From: Rhodospirillaceae bacterium
GTDB taxonomy: Bacteria > Pseudomonadota > Alphaproteobacteria > Rhodospirillales > CALINB01
Reading direction: 5' to 3'
Assembly: GCA_038114465.1 (NCBI GenBank)
Contig: JAYNQW010000014.1
Span: forward strand, 13,453 to 77,452
DNA: 64,000 nt
Positions 58,753-64,000 of the stretch are shown here, one piece after another (the first letter of the stretch is position 1; each line of letters begins with the position of its first letter). Under the pieces are notes generated by a model that had not been told where the DNA came from, made no database searches, and saw nothing but the letters and a program-made list of their open reading frames with translations. Position numbers and translations under genes: made by a program.

Positions 58753-58790
58753 ACATAATCCCGAGGAGAGGCTCTCGGGATTATGTTTTA
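58753..58790. terminator. Bidirectional rho-independent terminator between convergent genes
   Basis: A perfect 13-bp stem ACATAATCCCGAG (58753-58765) pairs with CTCGGGATTATGT (58774-58786) around an 8-nt loop. It has T-rich flanks on both strands. Confidence 0.8.
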
Positions 58791-58805
58791 AGGTTGTCGT
58801 CAATA

Positions 58806-59924
58806 TTAAGTTTCTAACTTCGGTGCGACAGAGGTTACTGCCGGCTTCCAAAGTTTTGCCCCACCCCGTTCGTATTGCACCGGATACGGGATGTCCGCAC
58901 CAAGTGCGACGGCGGCGTGAAACGGCCAGCGCGGATTAAATAAGATACCGCGCGCCAAGGCGACCATGTCGACTTTACCCGATGCGACGGCTTCTTCGGC
59001 TTGATGCGCATCCACGATCATGCCGACTGTAGCCGTCGTGATTCCGGATTTCTTTTTGACGACTTCAGCAAATGGCATTTGATAGCCCGGGATAGCTTTG
59101 ATCGGTGCTTTCGGATCAACCCCGCCGCCGGAAACCGTAATCAAATCGAAGCCGATGCCTTTCAGTTCACTGGCTAACACGGCCGCATCATCCGCCGTCC
59201 AGCCACCGTCCACGAAGTCCGAACCATTAACTTTCATGCCAAGGGGTTTTTCGTTGGGCCAAGCGGCGCGCACATCTTGAGAGACCTCGAGTGCGAGGCG
59301 AATGCGATTTTCAAGCGAACCGCCGTATTCATCGTCCCGTTGATTGCTTAAGGGCGACATAAACGAACTGAGAAGATAACCGTGGGCGCCGTGCAGCTCG
59401 AGATAATCAAGGCCTAATCGATCGGCGCGCTTTGCCGTTTCGACAAAATCCTTCCGCAGGTCTTTCAATTCATCTTTGCTCATGACATGCGGCGTCGGCC
59501 AACCGTCAGTCAACGGTAACGGTGACGGTGCTTCGGTTTCCCACGCACCATTTTCTTCGGTCAGAAAACTGCGGCCATCCCATGGCAACTCACAGGATGC
59601 CTTACGTCCGGCATGACCGATCTGAATACCGATCGGGATATCGCTAACCGAACGGGCAAGCTTCAGGACCTTTGCCATTGCTGCTTCGTTTTCGTCCGAA
59701 TACAACCCTGTGCAGCCATGAGTAATCCGGCCTTTAGGGCGGACCGCCGTCGCTTCAATGCAAAACAACCCCGCCCCCGACATCGCCATCGATGGCACAT
59801 GCATCATATGCCAATCGGTCATATTGCCGTTTTCGGCACTGTATTGGCACATCGGCTCGACATAAATCCGGTTGGATAACGTAAGATTGCCGATCTCAAT
59901 CGGCGTGAACAGTTTGCTGCTCAT
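58806..59924 (-). CDS. NADH:flavin oxidoreductase, Old Yellow Enzyme family
   Basis: 372 aa with FTPI.IG...L.NRI...PM.QY and HGAHGYLL..F.SP..N.R.D.YGGS motifs. Confidence 0.85.
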   Translation of the reverse strand: MSSKLFTPIEIGNLTLSNRIYVEPMCQYSAENGNMTDWHMMHVPSMAMSGAGLFCIEATAVRPKGRITHGCTGLYSDENEAAMAKVLKLARSVSDIPIGIQIGHAGRKASCELPWDGRSFLTEENGAWETEAPSPLPLTDGWPTPHVMSKDELKDLRKDFVETAKRADRLGLDYLELHGAHGYLLSSFMSPLSNQRDDEYGGSLENRIRLALEVSQDVRAAWPNEKPLGMKVNGSDFVDGGWTADDAAVLASELKGIGFDLITVSGGGVDPKAPIKAIPGYQMPFAEVVKKKSGITTATVGMIVDAHQAEEAVASGKVDMVALARGILFNPRWPFHAAVALGADIPYPVQYERGGAKLWKPAVTSVAPKLET

Positions 59925-59942
59925 GATCTATCCTCTATGCGA

Positions 59943-60650
59943 CTATAGGTTTGCCATACCGACGCTTAGCCCGCCGTCGACAAAAATGGTTTGGCCGGTG
60001 CAAAAGGATGCTTCTTCCGACAAAAGAAAATGAATCATCGCGGCGATCTCACGCGGCTCGCCCAAGCGCTTCATCGGCACTTCGGCGGCAAAGGCATCGA
60101 GATCCGGATTGTTGAATTTGAGCATTTCCGTCAGCGTCGGTCCCGGCGCGACGACATTCGCGGTGATGTTATCCAACGCCAGTTCCAACGACCAACTCCG
60201 GGTCATGCCGAACATGGCGGATTTCGCAGCCCCATAGCTGGTGCGCGTGACACGCCCCAGGGCCGCCCGGCTCGAGATATTGATGATCCGGCCCCACTTT
60301 TGTTTGCGCATATGCGGCAAGCAGGCCTGCACCATCTGCACGGACGCACGCAGGTTGATTTCCATCACCTGATCGAACTGCTCGAGGGTAACGTCCCAAA
60401 TCATTTGCGGATTGGCGAGCCCCGCGCAGTGCACAACTTTGTCGACCTTATGATCGGTCGTGATTTGTTTCATCACGGCGGCAAGGTTTTCACGATCGAG
60501 CAAGTCGACTTTGTAAACATCGCCGGGAAAGTCCGGATCATCGTTGCGCGCAAGCGCAATCACATGGTGACCGTCTTCGGCTTCCATATCGGCCGTCGCC
60601 CGGCCGATGCCTTTGGTCCCGCCGCTGATGAGTGTCGTTCGTTTGGTCAT
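59943..60650 (-). CDS. Short-chain dehydrogenase/reductase (SDR) family oxidoreductase
   Basis: 235 aa with a GGTKGIG cofactor motif, a YGAAK catalytic motif and a classical SDR length. Confidence 0.85.
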   Translation of the reverse strand: MTKRTTLISGGTKGIGRATADMEAEDGHHVIALARNDDPDFPGDVYKVDLLDRENLAAVMKQITTDHKVDKVVHCAGLANPQMIWDVTLEQFDQVMEINLRASVQMVQACLPHMRKQKWGRIINISSRAALGRVTRTSYGAAKSAMFGMTRSWSLELALDNITANVVAPGPTLTEMLKFNNPDLDAFAAEVPMKRLGEPREIAAMIHFLLSEEASFCTGQTIFVDGGLSVGMANL

Positions 60651-60657
60651 AGAGTTC

Positions 60658-62181
60658 CTACCCTTCCGATGTCAGCAAGGAAACGCCGAGTATGGCGCGG
60701 CGAATGAGCCACGGGCTCGGGCGGTACCGGGGATCGCCATAAAAGTCATAAAGTTCGCGCAAAATCGCGAGGATGGTATCGGCACCTAGCTCATCGCCAA
60801 ACTCGAGCGGTCCTTTAGGATAGTTCAGCCCTAACTTGACCGCCGTATCGATATCGTTCGGGGTCGCGACCCGTTGCTGGGCGATATTGCACGAAACGTT
60901 CACGATCAGCGCAATAATCCGCTGCGTGATAAATCCGGGGCTGTCGTGAATAACCGTCACCGGGTTTTCGTCACCGGCCAGCAACCCATGAACCGCATCG
61001 CGGTGTTTCGCGTCCGTCACCGGGGTCGTCATGATCGTGCGCCGGCCTTCACCATTAAAGAGCATATCGACGGCAACCGTGCGCTTGGGATCGAGTTTTT
61101 CTGCAACCGCGGCGGTTGACGCATCCATGCCGATGGGCGCGACGACACAAACCGAGTCCTTGCCCGGTGTTTTGTCGCTATCGATATCCGCACCCGCGTC
61201 TTTAAGAATTTTACTGAGTGTTTTGTGCCCCGCTTTGTTGGCTTTGCTGATCCAAACTTTCGTTTTGCCCGCCTTGGGTGCCGCGGCTTCTTCAGGCACG
61301 ACCGGCTTGCCGTCTTCGTAAGCATAAAACCCAGCGCCCGTCTTGCGGCCGTGAACGCCGCCGTCCTTGCGTTGCTGGCCGATCACCGAGGGCTTGTACA
61401 TCGGTTCTTCGTAGTATTGGTGATAGATCTCTTCCATCACCGAGTGCGCGATATCGATACCGACGAGATCTAGCAATTCAAACGGACCCATCCGGAAACC
61501 GGCGGCTTCCTTCATAACCCGGTCAACATCGACATGCTCGCAAATGCCTTCACCGATGATACGCAGAGATTCAGGCCCATATGCGCGGCCCGCGTGATTG
61601 ACGAGGAAGCCCGGCGTATCCTGGCAGGCGACCGTGTGTTTACCCATGCGCGTGCCGATCACCATCAGGGCATCGACGACGGATTGATCCGTGCGCAGGC
61701 CACCGATCACTTCGACAAGCTTCATCAGCGGCGGTGGGTTAAAAAAGTGCAATCCGGCAACACGTTCGGGGTTTTCCGTGCCGGCCGCAATCGATGTTAC
61801 TGACAGAGACGACGTATTCGTCGCCAAAATGCCGTCCTTGGCGACGATGTTATCCAACTCGGCGAAGACTTTCTTTTTAATATCCAAGTCTTCGATGATC
61901 GCCTCGACCACCACATGACAGTCCTTGAAGCCATCCAGTCCATTGACGATTTCAATGCGGTCCGTTGCCGCTTTAGCGTCTTCCGCACTCATGCGGCCCT
62001 TCTCGGCGGCGCGATTGAGCATGCCGCCGATAAACTCGGCGGCTTTGTTCAGTTGTTCGGTGTTGGTGTCGAAGAATTTGACCGACATTCCGGCGACGGC
62101 TGAAACCTGAGCGATACCCCGCCCCATGGTTCCCGCACCCAGAACGCCGATGGTGAGATCGGAGCGTTGCGGATCGAGCAT
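60658..62181 (-). CDS. 3-hydroxyacyl-CoA dehydrogenase (NAD-binding domain plus duplicated C-terminal domain)
   Basis: 507 aa with an N-terminal GAGTMGRGIA Rossmann motif, HFFNP, and two 3HCDH_C-like regions (GF..NR motifs). Confidence 0.85.
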   Translation of the reverse strand: MLDPQRSDLTIGVLGAGTMGRGIAQVSAVAGMSVKFFDTNTEQLNKAAEFIGGMLNRAAEKGRMSAEDAKAATDRIEIVNGLDGFKDCHVVVEAIIEDLDIKKKVFAELDNIVAKDGILATNTSSLSVTSIAAGTENPERVAGLHFFNPPPLMKLVEVIGGLRTDQSVVDALMVIGTRMGKHTVACQDTPGFLVNHAGRAYGPESLRIIGEGICEHVDVDRVMKEAAGFRMGPFELLDLVGIDIAHSVMEEIYHQYYEEPMYKPSVIGQQRKDGGVHGRKTGAGFYAYEDGKPVVPEEAAAPKAGKTKVWISKANKAGHKTLSKILKDAGADIDSDKTPGKDSVCVVAPIGMDASTAAVAEKLDPKRTVAVDMLFNGEGRRTIMTTPVTDAKHRDAVHGLLAGDENPVTVIHDSPGFITQRIIALIVNVSCNIAQQRVATPNDIDTAVKLGLNYPKGPLEFGDELGADTILAILRELYDFYGDPRYRPSPWLIRRAILGVSLLTSEG

Positions 62182-62187
62182 CTCTTT

Positions 62188-62958
62188 TTACTTTCCTTTA
62201 TATGTTGGTTTTCGTTTCTCGATGAAGGCTTTGACACCTTCTTGCTTGTCTTCGGTTGCAAAGAGGAAATAGAGCGATTTCCGTTCGAGCTTGAGACCGG
62301 CATCGAGCGGCCCGTCGAGCCCCGTCAGCACGGTTTCCTTGATCATGCGCATGGAGAGCGGCGGCATCTTGGCGATTTTACCGGCAAGCTCGAGCGCGCG
62401 CGGCAGCACTTCATCATCCGGCATCACTTCACTGGCAAGACCGATGTTGGAGGCTTCCTGGCCGGAAATAAACCAGGCCGTCAGCATCATCTTCATCGCT
62501 TTGAATTTCCCGACCGCGCGCGGCAGCCGCTGCGTACCCCCGCCGCCCGGCAAAATGCCGATGCGCGCTTCCGGCAGACCCATCTGCGCGCCTTCGCCGG
62601 CGATGATGATATCCGCCGTCATCGCGAGCTCGAGGCCGCCGCCCAGGGCATAGCCGTTGATTGCCGCGATCACCGGCTTCGGAAACTTGGTCAGTATGTT
62701 GTAGTAGGTTTCGTTTTTGCGCATGAACGCATCGACCGGCGTCGCGTTTTCCATTTCCTTGATATCGGCGCCGGCGGCGAAGGCGTTTTCATCACCGGTC
62801 AAGACCACGCAGAGCACGGACGGATCGTCGGCCAGGCGGGTGTATTCTTCCATGAGGCGCGATTTGACCTCGGCATTGATGGCGTTGCGGGCTTCCGGGC
62901 GGTTAATCCGCAGGAGAACGACGCCCTTTTCGGGCTCTTCGACGAGTAAAACGGACAT
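62188..62958 (-). CDS. Enoyl-CoA hydratase (crotonase family)
   Basis: 256 aa with NRPEARNA, AAINGYALGGG.ELAM and ...EG..AF.EKR. motifs. Confidence 0.9.
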   Translation of the reverse strand: MSVLLVEEPEKGVVLLRINRPEARNAINAEVKSRLMEEYTRLADDPSVLCVVLTGDENAFAAGADIKEMENATPVDAFMRKNETYYNILTKFPKPVIAAINGYALGGGLELAMTADIIIAGEGAQMGLPEARIGILPGGGGTQRLPRAVGKFKAMKMMLTAWFISGQEASNIGLASEVMPDDEVLPRALELAGKIAKMPPLSMRMIKETVLTGLDGPLDAGLKLERKSLYFLFATEDKQEGVKAFIEKRKPTYKGK

Positions 62959-63082
62959 GATTTTATATTCTTGGTTTAAAGGGTGAACCGAAGGTTTAAT
63001 GTGCGGTTGATATTAGTGGCGGGTCTATTGTATTGCAACGTCACCACGCATCATCTCCACACAACTGCGATAAACCAAAATT

Positions 63083-64000
63083 ATGGCTCTCGATCAAGAA
63101 ACTCTCGATCAACTCATCGACACGGTTCAGCGGTTCGTCCAAGAACGCCTCATCCCGAATGAACGAAAAGTCGAGGAACTGAACGACATTCCGCCCGATA
63201 TCATGCAGGAGATGAAGGATCTTGGACTATTCGGCCTCACGATCCCCGAGGAATTCGGCGGCATGGGCCTCGGCATGGAAGAAGAAGTCCGGGTTATTAA
63301 CGAAATCGGCCGAGCGCACGGCTCGTTCCGTTCCGCTTTTGCCACCACCATAGGTATCGGCTCGCAAGGAATTGTCATCGACGGCACGGACGAGCAAAAA
63401 CAAAAATATCTGCCCCGCATGGCGACCGGCGAATGCATCGGTTCGTTTGCGTTGACCGAACCGGACTCCGGATCGGACGCGGCCTCGCTCCGCACCCATG
63501 CCAAAAAAGACGGCGACGATTACATCATCAATGGCTCCAAACGCTATATTACCAATGCCACACGAGCGGGCGTGTTTACCGTCATGGTGCGCTCCAACCC
63601 GGACGAAAAGGGTGCCGCCGGCATCACAGCATTTCTGGTCGAGGCCGGCACCAAAGGTCTTTCTATTGCTAAACCGGACGAAAAACTTGGCCATCACGGC
63701 ACGCTCACGAGTGATGTGAACTTCGATGACGTGCGCGTGCATAAATCCGCCATCGTCGGTGGCGAGGAAGGCATGGGCTTTAAAACCGCGATGAAGGTTC
63801 TGGATCGCGGACGGTTGCATATCGCCGCCGGGTCCTGCGGGGCAGCCAACAGGCTGATCGATGAATGTCTGAATTACGCCATCGACCGCAAACAGTTCGG
63901 TCAACCCATTGCCGATTTCCAGCTGGTTCAAGGCATGCTCGCGGATTCAAAAACCGAGTTGTACGCCGCCTGGTGCATGGTACTCGATGCCGCTCAACGA
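63083..64000 (+). CDS. Acyl-CoA dehydrogenase, 3'-truncated by the window edge
   Basis: This gene is absent from the ORF track because no stop is reached. My own translation from the ATG at 63083 gives MALDQETLDQLIDTVQRFVQERLIPNE...FALTEPDSGSDAAS...KRYITNA..., 306 codons open to nt 64000. These are canonical ACAD motifs. Confidence 0.85.
   Translation, partial: MALDQETLDQLIDTVQRFVQERLIPNERKVEELNDIPPDIMQEMKDLGLFGLTIPEEFGGMGLGMEEEVRVINEIGRAHGSFRSAFATTIGIGSQGIVIDGTDEQKQKYLPRMATGECIGSFALTEPDSGSDAASLRTHAKKDGDDYIINGSKRYITNATRAGVFTVMVRSNPDEKGAAGITAFLVEAGTKGLSIAKPDEKLGHHGTLTSDVNFDDVRVHKSAIVGGEEGMGFKTAMKVLDRGRLHIAAGSCGAANRLIDECLNYAIDRKQFGQPIADFQLVQGMLADSKTELYAAWCMVLDAAQR

Noticed and set aside
59991-63931. 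Long ORFs 59991..60707 (+, 238 aa), 62167..62949 (+, 260 aa) and 63227..63931 (-, 234 aa)
   Set aside because: They are antisense shadows of the SDR, enoyl-CoA hydratase and acyl-CoA dehydrogenase genes. Their translations are Arg/His/Gly-rich and low in complexity, with no family resemblance.
1-64000. CRISPR arrays, IS elements, prophage genes, toxin-antitoxin pairs and known defence systems
   Set aside because: I saw no periodic direct repeats, transposase, integrase or phage-like ORFs, or small adjacent TA-like gene pairs anywhere in the window.

Overview
This window reads as an alphaproteobacterial chromosome segment, with no rRNA, CRISPR array, transposase or integrase visible. About two thirds is a housekeeping backbone, almost all on the minus strand. 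It runs lolD-lolC/E-proS, then tag, DUF1467, mce, rnj, coaX, birA, then a compact 14-gene nuoN..nuoA operon and tRNA-Asp. After an insert it continues tRNA-Val, hupB, lon, clpX, clpP, tig, tRNA-Leu.

The left end holds a tripartite tricarboxylate transporter (tctCBA). It is flanked by two paralogous lactonase-like amidohydrolases and a truncated MmgE/PrpD gene. The right third holds metabolic genes: an ornithine cyclodeaminase-family protein, malonyl-CoA decarboxylase, nnr and a dCMP-deaminase-like gene. It also carries two tandem SLC13-like permeases, two DUF1127 small proteins, and a beta-oxidation-like cluster (OYE, SDR, 3-hydroxyacyl-CoA dehydrogenase, enoyl-CoA hydratase, acyl-CoA dehydrogenase).

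The most interesting part is an ~11.6 kb block between tRNA-Asp and tRNA-Val (31.6-43.2 kb) that looks more GC-rich in spot counts. Two ORFs there look broken or truncated in the ORF track but read as full-length proteins if an in-frame TGA is decoded as selenocysteine:
- A GrdB/PrdB-family protein with a U-P-K-C motif (TGA at 34848-34850), following a small Rieske protein.
- A FrnE/DsbA-like oxidoreductase with a U-P-W-C motif (TGA at 36536-36538, minus strand).

The two genes converge on each other. Around them are an AceE-like ThDP enzyme, an MhpD-like hydratase, an IDH/tartrate-dehydrogenase-like enzyme and a metallophosphoesterase fusion. An enolase-superfamily enzyme and an isocitrate-lyase/PEP-mutase-family enzyme are also present. 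No canonical glycine- or proline-reductase partner genes and no selABCD genes are in the window. All functional calls come from reading the translated ORFs by eye; no database search was run.
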